A stretch of DNA of 64,000 bases, taken from positions 4,832,001-4,896,000 of the forward strand of contig OZ242180.1 in assembly GCA_965205485.1 (NCBI GenBank), written 5' to 3'. A program made the position numbers and the translations under genes. Numbering within the stretch: the stretch's first letter is position 1; the number at the start of each line of letters is the position of its first letter. Of this stretch, positions 28,700 through 38,150 are shown piece by piece. The DNA is from Candidatus Latescibacterota bacterium. Lineage in GTDB: Bacteria; Latescibacterota; UBA2968; GCA-2709665. The notes under the pieces are model-generated. The model was not told where the DNA came from, made no database searches, and saw only the letters and a list, made by a program, of their open reading frames with translations.

Positions 28700-28757
28700 G
28701 TGACAACGACAAGACCCTGTTTCCTCATCGATTGCAGATGAGGATAGAGGTGAACCC

Positions 28758-29927
28758 TTGAGACTGGCGTACTTCGACTGCACTGCCGGAGTGAGCGGCG
28801 ACATGATCCTGGGCGCGCTGGTGGATGCCGGGCTGCGCATCGAGGTGTTGCAGAGAGAGCTCGACAAACTCCGCCTGGAGGGAATCCGCCTCAAGGCCGG
28901 GAAGGTTCAGCGCCACGGCATTGCTGCGACTAAAGTCGATGTCGTCGCTGCAGAAGGACAGCGCCACCGACGATTGAAGGACGTGCTGGGCATCATCGAC
29001 GCCGCAACCATCTCGGGCAGAGCCAAACGGCAGGCCGGCGCCATCTTCCGCCGCCTTGCCGAGGCGGAAGCTGAAGTACACGACATTTCAGTCGAACGCG
29101 TCCATTTTCACGAAGTCGGCGCGGCTGACGCCATCGCGGACATCGCCGGTGCCGTCATCGGACTGGAACAACTCGGCGTGGAACGGGTCTACGCCACGCC
29201 GCTTCGATTCGGCAGGGGAACGACGCGAAGCGCCCACGGCGTACTTCCCGTTCCGGTCCCCGCGGTTGTCGCGCTCTGCAGGGACGTTCCCGGCGAACGC
29301 ACCGACATACCGTTTGAACTGGTCACCCCGACCGGCGCCGCTGTCCTGACCACGCTGGCACAGCAGATCGGCGCAGGCACGCCGACGTTTCGCACGCGCC
29401 GGATCGGTTACGGAGCGGGCGCCCGGGATCTGGATCAGGTACCGAACATGCTCCGCCTGGAAATCGGTGACTCCGAGTCGGCCCCGCAGACGGACGCGCT
29501 CCAACTTATAGAAACCAATATCGACGACATGACGCCTGAAATCTACGGCTACCTGATCGACCGCCTGCTCGGAGAAGGCGCCAGAGACGTGTATCTCACG
29601 CCGGTCATCATGAAAAAGGGACGACCCGGGGTGGTCCTCAGCGTACTCGCCGATCCGGACCGTACGCAGTCCGCCACGGACCTGATTCTCCGTGAAACCA
29701 CGACGCTTGGCGTACGGATCCGCCGCGTTGAACGTCAGACCGTTTCCAGGCGAACGGAAGTCGTTGAAACCGCCTTCGGAGCCGTGACCGTAAAGGTTGC
29801 CAGCTACGGCGGAAGGACGCGTTCTGCGCCCGAATTCGAAGACTGCGCCAGAATTGCAAAGGAGCAGGGGGTCCCCATTCTCGACGTGTACCGCGCCGCG
29901 GCGAGCGCTGACGTTGACAGATCCTGA
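28758..29927 (+). CDS. larC: Nickel pincer cofactor biosynthesis protein LarC
   Basis: YFDC..GVSGDM.LGAL, HFHEVGA.D, ELVTPTGAA, ETNIDD, MKKGRPG, ETTTLGVR, PEFED. Confidence 0.95.
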   Translation: MRLAYFDCTAGVSGDMILGALVDAGLRIEVLQRELDKLRLEGIRLKAGKVQRHGIAATKVDVVAAEGQRHRRLKDVLGIIDAATISGRAKRQAGAIFRRLAEAEAEVHDISVERVHFHEVGAADAIADIAGAVIGLEQLGVERVYATPLRFGRGTTRSAHGVLPVPVPAVVALCRDVPGERTDIPFELVTPTGAAVLTTLAQQIGAGTPTFRTRRIGYGAGARDLDQVPNMLRLEIGDSESAPQTDALQLIETNIDDMTPEIYGYLIDRLLGEGARDVYLTPVIMKKGRPGVVLSVLADPDRTQSATDLILRETTTLGVRIRRVERQTVSRRTEVVETAFGAVTVKVASYGGRTRSAPEFEDCARIAKEQGVPILDVYRAAASADVDRS

Positions 29928-29937
29928 CGTGACTTAT

Positions 29938-32604
29938 CTATTGTGATACGAAGGCCGAGCCGCGGATGCGGCAGCTTACCGGCCCCGGAATCGAACGCAG
30001 TGGAAAGTAATGGTGGCGCATACCTCCGCTCTCAATTGAGAACCCCGGGTCCTGCGCTGTCGCCAGCGTGAGTCCGCGCGCATCGTGGATGACGCGTTCA
30101 ACCTCACATCCCATCGTCGAACCATCGCCGAATCTTACGATTGCCGTTGTTCCCTCAACGCCCGTGGTGTCGACGATGCCCCCAATCGCCACCAGGCCGT
30201 CAAGCGGGTCTCCGTCGGCCTTCCTGAGTACACCCGCCACCTCAAGATCATAGCTACAACCGCACGCAACCACCGTGTCTCCCCATCTCAACTCGTCCCC
30301 TCCCCAGAGGCCCGCGAAAAAGAGGGCGCCGTCCCGTTCCCGAACGAAACCGAACTCGCCCTTCATGCTGAGATTCCCCACCTCCAGCAGTTCATGATTC
30401 CATACCGTACGATGTACGATGTGGTCCGTGTAACCTCCATGTCTGACCTGGATTGCGATTGTCCGTTCGTCCGCGTACACCTGCCGGACCGACTCAATGA
30501 ACGGGTGCCCGTCGAAGGGCTCGTGAACCGCGGCGAACACGCTTGAATGAGGCGCCCGTCCCTGGCGCCGGGCCAGAAAAACGGGCATCCTGAACCGGTC
30601 CAGTTCGTCTTCGTTCTCGTCCGTTCGCCGAACCGACGGCGCGTCGCCCACGTACACGTCAGCTTTTGACAGCCCCGGGAGATGGCACCGCAATCCGATT
30701 TGCGAACCCGCCAGACCGAGTCCCAGCGTCAAACCGGCGTCAACCCGTCCGCGGAATACATTCTGCACGAATCCGTAGGCAATGTTGTGGCCTCCGGCGT
30801 CCCCCCGGTCCCCTTCGAATTCGGGCAGCCGTACGGCGACTCCTTCCAGCAGGTGTCGGCCGGCGGGTTCCAGCGGCACGTCATGGCGGATCCATCCGTC
30901 ACGGTCCGCGCTCCCGTGCAGCGTCCAGTCGTGCCGCGTCCCTCCCCGTACTCGAAATATATCCAGAGAATACGCATTCCCGTCGCCGGCATCGGCCAGC
31001 ATGACCATTCTCCGGTATTCCCGTGCCAGCCCCGGGTAAGCGCGCTCGCCGTTTGCTTCCATCCACTGAACCGTATCGTTCCTGGTCTCATGCGCCAGGA
31101 GTCCGCCTCGAGACGGCCCTCGGTTCCCTCTCGTGTATTGTTCCTGCCCGTCGACGACCACCGTATTGTGCGCCAGCGTGCTCACGGTCCACGGTCTGTA
31201 CCGGGTATGGGTATAACCCAGGTCGGACAGCAACTCCTCTCCAAACGCGTACAGCATCACGTTAAGCATGTCCGCGTGATCGTGCCCGTGGCCGCCTTCC
31301 GAGAAATGAAGGTGCACCTGCGTCTGACGCGTCTTCTCACCCAACCCGAGCCATGCATGCCCCATACCGGCGTACAGGGCCGGGCGCGAGTCGTCCGTGG
31401 GCTTCAGATCCTCAAACCTCGCCCAGGAATCGTGCACGGGTATCGTCCTCCCGTCGGGGTACCTGAAGCGGTCGAGAATCGCCATGCATCGTTCCGCATC
31501 GGGGAATTCGCGAACCGGATCCAAATCATCGAAGCGTCTGCCGTCGTCCGGATCCAGATAGCCCGGCGGATCGGAATATCCGGCAAGGGCTTCCATGACG
31601 CGCAGCAGGCCCGACAGTGTATACCGATGGTACGACGGGCTGCCCTGGCACCAGAATCCGTCCGCCGAGAATCGCCGGAAGAGGCCGTGTGCGCACCGAA
31701 CCGCGCGGTGAACCAGAGCGGGGTCTTCCATGACGCGGCCTGCAACCGCGTATCCTTCGTAGGTCTCCGGGCTGGCATTGGTGTACAGAATTCCATGGAC
31801 GGCGTCCTGCCGGATTCCTCCCCGGAAAAACCCGTTTTCGATGCGGCGGCGGACATCCTCGCCTCGTTCTTTCGAGAGCCGCCTCAGTTCGCCGCTTTCC
31901 CGAATTGAATCGTACGCGTAGATCATCTGCGTGGGAATCTCGGCGTAGCGCCACTCTCCCCACTTTCCTCCGCGTCGTGGAAAGGGCGGGACCATACACA
32001 CCCGCTTTGCTGCATTCGCCACGTCCGTCCAGACGAGAAACCCCGGATAATACCGCGCAAATGCGTCCAGAATCAACGCCGCCCGGCGGGCATATCGTTG
32101 CCGGCCGGTGACCTGATACAGTTGACCGAGATCACGCGCGCGGTCCGCAAGGTAGAACCTCGCGCACCACCATGCCCTGGCGCGGAAGAAAAATCGTCTT
32201 CCGGACCCATCCTCGTAAAACGGGTATTCGACTTCGATTCCAAATGGATTCAACAGGCGAAGGGTCCTGTTCTCCGCAAACCTGCACCCGGGATAAATCG
32301 CTGCGCAATGGCGGCACCGGACGCGGAACGGGTCCTTGATCGTCCAGTCGAGTTGCCGTTCTCTGACGCCCGTACTGCAACCGGCGCACGCCACGTACCG
32401 AAAACCCGTACGATCCGGAACCACGGCAACCAGTTCGTCCTCTGACATCGCCATCAGCGGCGCAACGGCCCGCTGCAGTCTTTCGAGGGATTCGGCCGAT
32501 TGCGACACGCTGAAGACGGGCGGCGGGACACCGGAGGCCATACACCCGCGGGGCCGGAGCCAGCAAAGGACGAGAATGCCGACCAGAACACCGAATCCAT
32601 CCAT
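29938..32604 (-). CDS. Heparinase II/III family polysaccharide lyase-like protein
   Basis: DGFWCQGSPSYH, HGHDHADMLN, LSDLGY, STLAHNTVVVDG, DIFRVRGG; hydrophobic N-terminus. Confidence 0.8.
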   Translation of the reverse strand: MDGFGVLVGILVLCWLRPRGCMASGVPPPVFSVSQSAESLERLQRAVAPLMAMSEDELVAVVPDRTGFRYVACAGCSTGVRERQLDWTIKDPFRVRCRHCAAIYPGCRFAENRTLRLLNPFGIEVEYPFYEDGSGRRFFFRARAWWCARFYLADRARDLGQLYQVTGRQRYARRAALILDAFARYYPGFLVWTDVANAAKRVCMVPPFPRRGGKWGEWRYAEIPTQMIYAYDSIRESGELRRLSKERGEDVRRRIENGFFRGGIRQDAVHGILYTNASPETYEGYAVAGRVMEDPALVHRAVRCAHGLFRRFSADGFWCQGSPSYHRYTLSGLLRVMEALAGYSDPPGYLDPDDGRRFDDLDPVREFPDAERCMAILDRFRYPDGRTIPVHDSWARFEDLKPTDDSRPALYAGMGHAWLGLGEKTRQTQVHLHFSEGGHGHDHADMLNVMLYAFGEELLSDLGYTHTRYRPWTVSTLAHNTVVVDGQEQYTRGNRGPSRGGLLAHETRNDTVQWMEANGERAYPGLAREYRRMVMLADAGDGNAYSLDIFRVRGGTRHDWTLHGSADRDGWIRHDVPLEPAGRHLLEGVAVRLPEFEGDRGDAGGHNIAYGFVQNVFRGRVDAGLTLGLGLAGSQIGLRCHLPGLSKADVYVGDAPSVRRTDENEDELDRFRMPVFLARRQGRAPHSSVFAAVHEPFDGHPFIESVRQVYADERTIAIQVRHGGYTDHIVHRTVWNHELLEVGNLSMKGEFGFVRERDGALFFAGLWGGDELRWGDTVVACGCSYDLEVAGVLRKADGDPLDGLVAIGGIVDTTGVEGTTAIVRFGDGSTMGCEVERVIHDARGLTLATAQDPGFSIESGGMRHHYFPLRSIPGPVSCRIRGSAFVSQ

Positions 32605-32796
32605 TGCCCAATCCAATCGCTATGGTTATCTTTGAGAGACGAATGCGGAAAGAGACCGTTCGCCAGGGTCGGGATGCCGAAACCCGAACGCTTCACCCGG
32701 GCACCGGTCTCCGTTGAAATGATCCTGATCCGGAAGTGGTGACTCCCTGTACGGGTTTCCGCGGCCACGGCGGCGGCCGCAGAAAGGAGAACCACC

Positions 32797-33669
32797 ATGC
32801 AAGCCGACGTACGAATCGACCCGAACGAAGAGATCGGTTTCATGAACCTGGACGAAACCGACTACGGCAGCCTTTCGACGGGAGAACGGATCCGGCGCCT
32901 GGAGGTGGAGGGGTACGTCGTTCTACCGGACATCCTCGACGCGGAACACATGGACCGGATCAAACGCGAAATGGCCGATGCGCCGATGCAGACGAAGGAT
33001 TACAGCGACGCGCAGACCTTCTGTCTGGAGCCGCAGTGGCGCAGCCGGGCCCTGGCCGAACTGATCGCGCATCCACCCATGATCGCGTTCCTGGAAACGC
33101 TGCTCGGCGACGACATCGTGTTCACCCGGGGACTCTTCACAAGGACGCTCTCGGGTTCGCCGCCCATTTCGCTGCACACCGACGGCCAGCCGTTCGGATC
33201 TTCCATCTTCGGTTACGAGGGCAGCTGTCCGCGCCTGCTGCGTGTTCTGTACTACCTTGACGATCTGACGCCGGAGCGGGCGCCATTCCGCCTGGTTCCG
33301 CGATCCCACCTCTCGTTTCACGCCGAAGCGAACCCCTACGTGCGTTACAAGTACCATCCGGGCGAGGTCACACTGTGTGTAAAGGCGGGCACGGCGCTGG
33401 TTATCCCCATCAACCTGTTTCACGGCACCCATCCGAACAGATCGCGTTCCCAACGCACGCTGGTTCAACTGGGGTACCGGCCGGCGTGGGCGGGCCCCAT
33501 ACAACCGATGCCGGAATGGGACCCGGAACGCGTGTCCGCCGCGCCGGCGGCAACCAGGCGCTTTCTGCAGAGTCCCAACACAACCGGACTGGACTGGAAC
33601 CAGCCCCACAAACCCAGGGGCATGAAAACCGACGCAACCGCAATCGACCCGGGGCGATGGGACGGCTGA
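32797..33669 (+). CDS. Phytanoyl-CoA dioxygenase (PhyH) family Fe/2OG oxygenase
   Basis: EGYVVLP, LHTD, VPRSH, FHG..N..R. Confidence 0.87.
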   Translation: MQADVRIDPNEEIGFMNLDETDYGSLSTGERIRRLEVEGYVVLPDILDAEHMDRIKREMADAPMQTKDYSDAQTFCLEPQWRSRALAELIAHPPMIAFLETLLGDDIVFTRGLFTRTLSGSPPISLHTDGQPFGSSIFGYEGSCPRLLRVLYYLDDLTPERAPFRLVPRSHLSFHAEANPYVRYKYHPGEVTLCVKAGTALVIPINLFHGTHPNRSRSQRTLVQLGYRPAWAGPIQPMPEWDPERVSAAPAATRRFLQSPNTTGLDWNQPHKPRGMKTDATAIDPGRWDG

Positions 33670-33703
33670 TCCGGACCGAAATCAGAATTGAAGCTTCAGT
33701 AAT

Positions 33704-33743
33704 CGAAAAAGCCCGAAGCCATTGGTCTGGCCGGGCTTTTTCG
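33704..33743. terminator. Bidirectional intrinsic terminator
   Basis: CGAAAAAGCCCG...CGGGCTTTTTCG between convergent genes. Confidence 0.8.
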
Positions 33744-33769
33744 GTTTCGAGCCATGGACGGCCTGCCGG

Positions 33770-34585
33770 CTATCTCTTGTTAGGAAGGATCCAGACGTCC
33801 CTGAAGAACCTCTGACGCGCTTCTGCCATTCCGCCGATGACCACCGGATTCATGCAGGGTTTGGGTTCGTGGAACCGGACGGTGACGTAGTTGTAAGCAA
33901 TCAGCACAGCACAGCGGGGATTGTCCGGGTTCGTCCAGGCCGACCCCGTATGTCGCACCCCCTCCGAGAATACGACAAGACTCCCCCGCGGACACCCGTA
34001 GGTCTCCCAGAGTCCCGATTCAGGGTCGTCGGCCTCTTCCGGCCAGTTCCCGTCCTGAGCCGAAACCAGATTGGCCTTGTGCGACCCGGGCACCAGGCAC
34101 GTGCCGCCCTGGCCTTTCCTGACTTCGTTCAGTTCCCATACGATGCGCGTCATCCCGCTGTAGATCCGCCCGTTGTGAAAGCGGTAGGAAACGGACGGAT
34201 CGAGATTCGTGCCGCCCACGTGGGGACGCCACTGATTCGCGGTCGTCTCGGCCGATCGGGCCGAAACAAAGACGCTCTCCAGACGGATGCGATCGCGCTC
34301 GGGATGAATCACCTCCTGCAGAATCCCCATGACTCTGGGATGATCGATCAGGAATTCCGCGGGACCCGCAATGGGCGCCCTCAGGTGAGCCGCCAGGCTA
34401 TCCGGCTCTTTCATATAGACGTCGACGTGCTCGCGAACGCGCTGCACTTCATCCCCTGTTAGCACCCCGGGGATGACGAGAAAGCCCTTGAGGTCGAAGA
34501 GGAATTTTTCGTATTCCGTCATGGGATGAATGGGTGCGGATTCGACGGTTTCGCTTACGTCCGTTCGTCCGTTCGTGGTTTTCAT
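33770..34585 (-). CDS. PhyH-family Fe/2OG enzyme with HxG instead of HxD
   Basis: FDLKGFLV, PHVGG, GGT.LVPGSHK, EGVRH...R. Confidence 0.83.
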   Translation of the reverse strand: MKTTNGRTDVSETVESAPIHPMTEYEKFLFDLKGFLVIPGVLTGDEVQRVREHVDVYMKEPDSLAAHLRAPIAGPAEFLIDHPRVMGILQEVIHPERDRIRLESVFVSARSAETTANQWRPHVGGTNLDPSVSYRFHNGRIYSGMTRIVWELNEVRKGQGGTCLVPGSHKANLVSAQDGNWPEEADDPESGLWETYGCPRGSLVVFSEGVRHTGSAWTNPDNPRCAVLIAYNYVTVRFHEPKPCMNPVVIGGMAEARQRFFRDVWILPNKR

Positions 34586-34692
34586 TGCAAGCGCTCCTCA
34601 CGGGGACGGGCGGGTTGCGGCCGGTTTATCATACAGGCCCGGCGCGAGCCGGATTCCGGAACCGAACGGAACCGGAATATCACGCGAAGGGA

Positions 34693-34890
34693 TCAGGCGT
34701 CCCCCGTTTTCCTGAACAGAAAGATGTATTCATGTCTGAAGACATAGAAGCCGCCGGCGAGGGCGCGGTAACGCCAGAGTTCCGCCTGGTTGCGCTTGGA
34801 CCGGGTCTCCTCGAAGTTCTTGACGACGATACTCTTCAATGCGAATGGTCTGCTGAGCACTTCGTTCATACAATAGAAACCCAGCGGTAT
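34693..34890 (-). pseudogene. C-terminal fragment of a site-specific DNA methyltransferase
   Basis: IPLGFYCMNEVL..F.LKSIVVKN...LWRYRAL.GGFYVF.HEYIFLF matches the C-terminus of a conserved N4/N6 methylase family; no SPPY/DPPY or SAM-binding part upstream. Confidence 0.65.
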
Positions 34891-34977
34891 GGTACTGAAT
34901 TGTGACGGCTGATGCAAGAACAACAACGAAAACACCCGGACCCGGATGTAGCGTCGTCACCGATGAACATGCAAAAG

Positions 34978-35005
34978 GGGCCCGTGATGGATTCATCACA
35001 GGCCC
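34978..35005 (-). terminator. Terminator downstream of tRNA-Val
   Basis: GGGCCTGTGATG-AATC-CATCACGGGCCC then CTTTT on minus strand. Confidence 0.7.
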
Positions 35006-35026
35006 ATTAATATCAGCAATTTAAAA

Positions 35027-35103
35027 TGGTGGGCGATACTGGACTCGAACCAGTGACCTCTTGCATGTCAAGCAAGCACTCTAACCACCTGAGCTAATCG
35101 CCC
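35027..35103 (-). tRNA. tRNA-Val (GAC)
   Basis: GGGCGATTAGCTCAGGTGG...CTTGC-TTGACAT-GCAAG...GGTTCGAGTCC...CGCCCACCA; encoded CCA; TTGACT-N17-TAGATT promoter at 35135-35163. Confidence 0.97.
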
Positions 35104-35262
35104 ATCCGCTTTCAACCCTCAATTCCGATTCGCAAATCTATACGAAACCATGGGCGAAGTCAAGCGGAATGTGGGATCGCGACGCCCAATCGGACCACCC
35201 CGGTTTAACCAGATGTCGCGCTCGCGAGCCTTGATGGTCGAATGGGGGCATCACGTCGTTTT

Positions 35263-36342
35263 TCAGGCGCTCCGCAACGCATCCTCCGCAAGCCGGGTTC
35301 CCTCCACCCGTGCGCGGATTTTCGCAAATGCCAGGTCGCGGGAGGTGGACAGGTCATCCGCAAAGGGCGAAAAACCGCAGTCGTCCGTCGTTCCCAGCTG
35401 CGCTGCCGGAATATGTCCAGCGGCCTCCAGGACGCGGTCTCTGACTTCCTCGGGCGACTCCACGCGGGGATCGATGGCATCAATAACGCCGATAAAGACG
35501 CGGTGACCCGGACGGATGAGCGTTCCAATGCGTTGCAGGGCCCCGCCCGGTTCTTTTTCGGAAGCCATGGCAATATAGAAATTACCCACCTCGATCTCGA
35601 ACAGGGTAGGCAGCAGGTCCATGTAGTCGACGTCCGCACTGTGCGTGGCATCCCAGTCGCCTCCCGGGCAGGTGTGAACCCCAAGCCTGTTACGCTCTTC
35701 GTCCGTAAAGGGTTCGAGGCTGGTATTCAGCAACGCCACAAAACTCCTGAGAAGCTCGCCCGAGGGATCCAGCTTAACAGCGAGACGCCCTTCCGTGAAG
35801 TCGATCTGTACCTTGTGCGCACCCGCGTCCAGGCACCGGCGCACCTCACCGACGTGCTCGCGGACGAGGTCCGCCATGAATCGCTCACGGGGATAATCTC
35901 CGATACCGTCTCCCGGATAGATCAGGCTGAGGAGTGAAGGCGAAATAACCGCCTGTTTAACTGGCGTCCGGGCCTGCTTCAATGCGGTTTCGAGATAACC
36001 GTCGGCACTTTCAGTATAGCGAAACGGCCCCTCTGTCAGTCGAGGCAATTGTCTGGAATGTCCATCGGAAAATCCGACTTCCACGCCGTCCGGAGCCAGA
36101 TTATCGGCGCCGTGCAGGCAATAGAAGGCGAAACCGCCGTACTTGCGCTGCTCGCCGTCGCTGATGACGGGGGAACCCGTCTCCTCGAATTCGCGTATGG
36201 TCTCTGTGGTCGCCCGTTTCGCGACAGCATGAAGCTCCTCATCACTGACCCTGCCTTCGCGGAACGCCTTGTCGGCGCGGACCAGCTCCTCGGTACGTGG
36301 AATGGAACCGATGGGTTCGGTGGGTATGGTAAAGTCGGACAT
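35263..36342 (-). CDS. Cobalamin-independent methionine synthase II family (MetE C-terminal domain only)
   Basis: IGSIPR, ISDGEQRK, VQIDFTE, VHTC, DDCGFS zinc ligands. Confidence 0.88.
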   Translation of the reverse strand: MSDFTIPTEPIGSIPRTEELVRADKAFREGRVSDEELHAVAKRATTETIREFEETGSPVISDGEQRKYGGFAFYCLHGADNLAPDGVEVGFSDGHSRQLPRLTEGPFRYTESADGYLETALKQARTPVKQAVISPSLLSLIYPGDGIGDYPRERFMADLVREHVGEVRRCLDAGAHKVQIDFTEGRLAVKLDPSGELLRSFVALLNTSLEPFTDEERNRLGVHTCPGGDWDATHSADVDYMDLLPTLFEIEVGNFYIAMASEKEPGGALQRIGTLIRPGHRVFIGVIDAIDPRVESPEEVRDRVLEAAGHIPAAQLGTTDDCGFSPFADDLSTSRDLAFAKIRARVEGTRLAEDALRSA

Positions 36343-36632
36343 AGCGTTCCTCCGGATCTGCCTGGCTGGGATTATGGCTGCGCGGCGAAGAGATTCCCGT
36401 GAGAAATATAGCGCATTTTCGAACGGCTGACTCCGGGCGGCATTGGCGGTCCCTTTCTGTCGTTTGCCCTTGACATCACTGTTCGCAGGTCGAATATTAG
36501 CGACCCCGCACCACGATTGCGGCGGCCCGGACGGCAGGACGATCCTGTGCGGTGCGGAGTTGAGACGGGGTCCGCTGCGAATTTCAGTCACGGCTTACAG
36601 GAAACCCGTGGAAAAACAAGGACAGGTGGATC

Positions 36633-37709
36633 GTGAAAACCTATAGAGCAGCGCTGGTCGGATGCAGCAGAATGGGCGCCTTCATTGACAACGAAGTGCC
36701 GCATTCATTCGGCGCCTATTCGCATGCCGCGGGATACGAGGCGTGCGAGCGAACGGAACTGATCGCCTGTTCGGATTTGCGCACGGAAGCGATGAGACAG
36801 GTCGGTATCCGGTACGGGGTCCCTGAACACAGGCAGTACCTCGACTATAGAGAGATGATCGAACGCGAGCACCCGGATATCGTCAGCGTCGCCACCCAGC
36901 CCGAACATCGCGCCGAGATCGTCGTCTTTGCCGCTGAACGGGGGGTCCGCGCGATCTATGGCGAAAAGGCCATGGCCGCATCGCTCGACGAAGCCGACGC
37001 GATGGTGGAGGCGGTCGAGTCGGCGGGCGCGGTTTTCAATATGGGCACGAACCGGCGATGGCATCCGGGATACGACGCGATGGCGGACGTGATCGACAGC
37101 GGACGCATAGGCCGGTTGAGATCGCTGATCGTGCATCAGACGGGCCCGCTGTTCAATGGCGCCAGCCACAGCTTCGATCTGCTGATGAGGCTCAACGGCG
37201 ACAATCCCGTGGCGTGGGTCCAGGCCCACCTGCCGAACGGAGACCGGGTGATCGACGGCGAACGCCTGAACGAGGACCCGGTTGGACACGGGATCCTGCA
37301 GTTCGAAAACGGCGTCACCGCATACGCGCTCAATTCAGGGCGGGGCATGGAAGTGGAAGCGGTGGGCGACGCGGGCGTGGTCACGGGCCTGCTCAACGAC
37401 AAAGAGTGGCACCTGCGCGAACACGGCGCCCGGGACCACCGCGGACGGTCCGTGCTTGTGCCGGGGAAATTTCCGCCATTCGAGCGGGCCAGTTCAACCG
37501 TTCGGCTGATCGAAGACCTCGTGCGCTCGCTGGACACCGGAGAACCGCCGCGCGGGGGCGTCAGAACGGCGCGCGCCAATACCGAACTCATCTTCGCGTT
37601 TGTCGAGTCGCACGTCCGGGGCGGGGCAAGGGTGGCGTTACCGATAAGCGGCAGCCGGTACCGTCTCCAAAGAGACAGGCCGCCGCGAGAGCCGAAGTAC
37701 AAGCGGTAA
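36633..37709 (+). CDS. Gfo/Idh/MocA family oxidoreductase
   Basis: LVGCSRMG, PDIVSVAT...H, GEKAMA, SHSFD. Confidence 0.88.
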   Translation: MKTYRAALVGCSRMGAFIDNEVPHSFGAYSHAAGYEACERTELIACSDLRTEAMRQVGIRYGVPEHRQYLDYREMIEREHPDIVSVATQPEHRAEIVVFAAERGVRAIYGEKAMAASLDEADAMVEAVESAGAVFNMGTNRRWHPGYDAMADVIDSGRIGRLRSLIVHQTGPLFNGASHSFDLLMRLNGDNPVAWVQAHLPNGDRVIDGERLNEDPVGHGILQFENGVTAYALNSGRGMEVEAVGDAGVVTGLLNDKEWHLREHGARDHRGRSVLVPGKFPPFERASSTVRLIEDLVRSLDTGEPPRGGVRTARANTELIFAFVESHVRGGARVALPISGSRYRLQRDRPPREPKYKR

Positions 37710-37766
37710 GGTTGAATTGGCTCTGCGCTGGTTTATTCACATGCCCGGACACGGAGAGACGCCCGG

Positions 37767-38150
37767 TCACAGTGGTTCAGGCCTGTAGACAATCTGCAAC
37801 AGATTGCCGTCCGGATCCGCCACGAAGTTGAAACGGGTCCCCGCGGACGTCTCCCGGTACGGCCCGACAAATGCGGCGCCGCGGTCCTCCAGCATCCTGC
37901 ACGCCGAATCGAAATCATCCACTTTCAGCGCAATGTGCCGGATGCCCGCGTCGTCGGCGGCGCAGACCGCGGGCGCCCTGTCGTTCGACGGCAGGAACTC
38001 CAGAATCCCTCCGCCCGGCAGGCGCACGAAATAGGTCTGACTCTCTTCGCTCTCGAGGATCATCTCAAAACCGAGGACGTCGCAGTACCACCGCGCGAGC
38101 GCTCCGGAGTCGGCCGAAACAATCGCGATATGCTCAATCGACTGGATCAT
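37767..38150 (-). CDS. VOC / glyoxalase family protein
   Basis: IEHIAI, WY.DVLGF, RHIAL.V, DPDGN. Confidence 0.88.
   Translation of the reverse strand: MIQSIEHIAIVSADSGALARWYCDVLGFEMILESEESQTYFVRLPGGGILEFLPSNDRAPAVCAADDAGIRHIALKVDDFDSACRMLEDRGAAFVGPYRETSAGTRFNFVADPDGNLLQIVYRPEPL

Noticed and set aside
32454..32843. 129-aa minus-strand ORF with a signal-like start
   Set aside because: It overlaps the starts of both flanking genes and has no supporting motif
36343..36632. SAM or cobalamin riboswitch upstream of the MetE-like gene
   Set aside because: No recognisable conserved core motifs; only a weak promoter-like TTGACA-N17-AATATT on the plus strand
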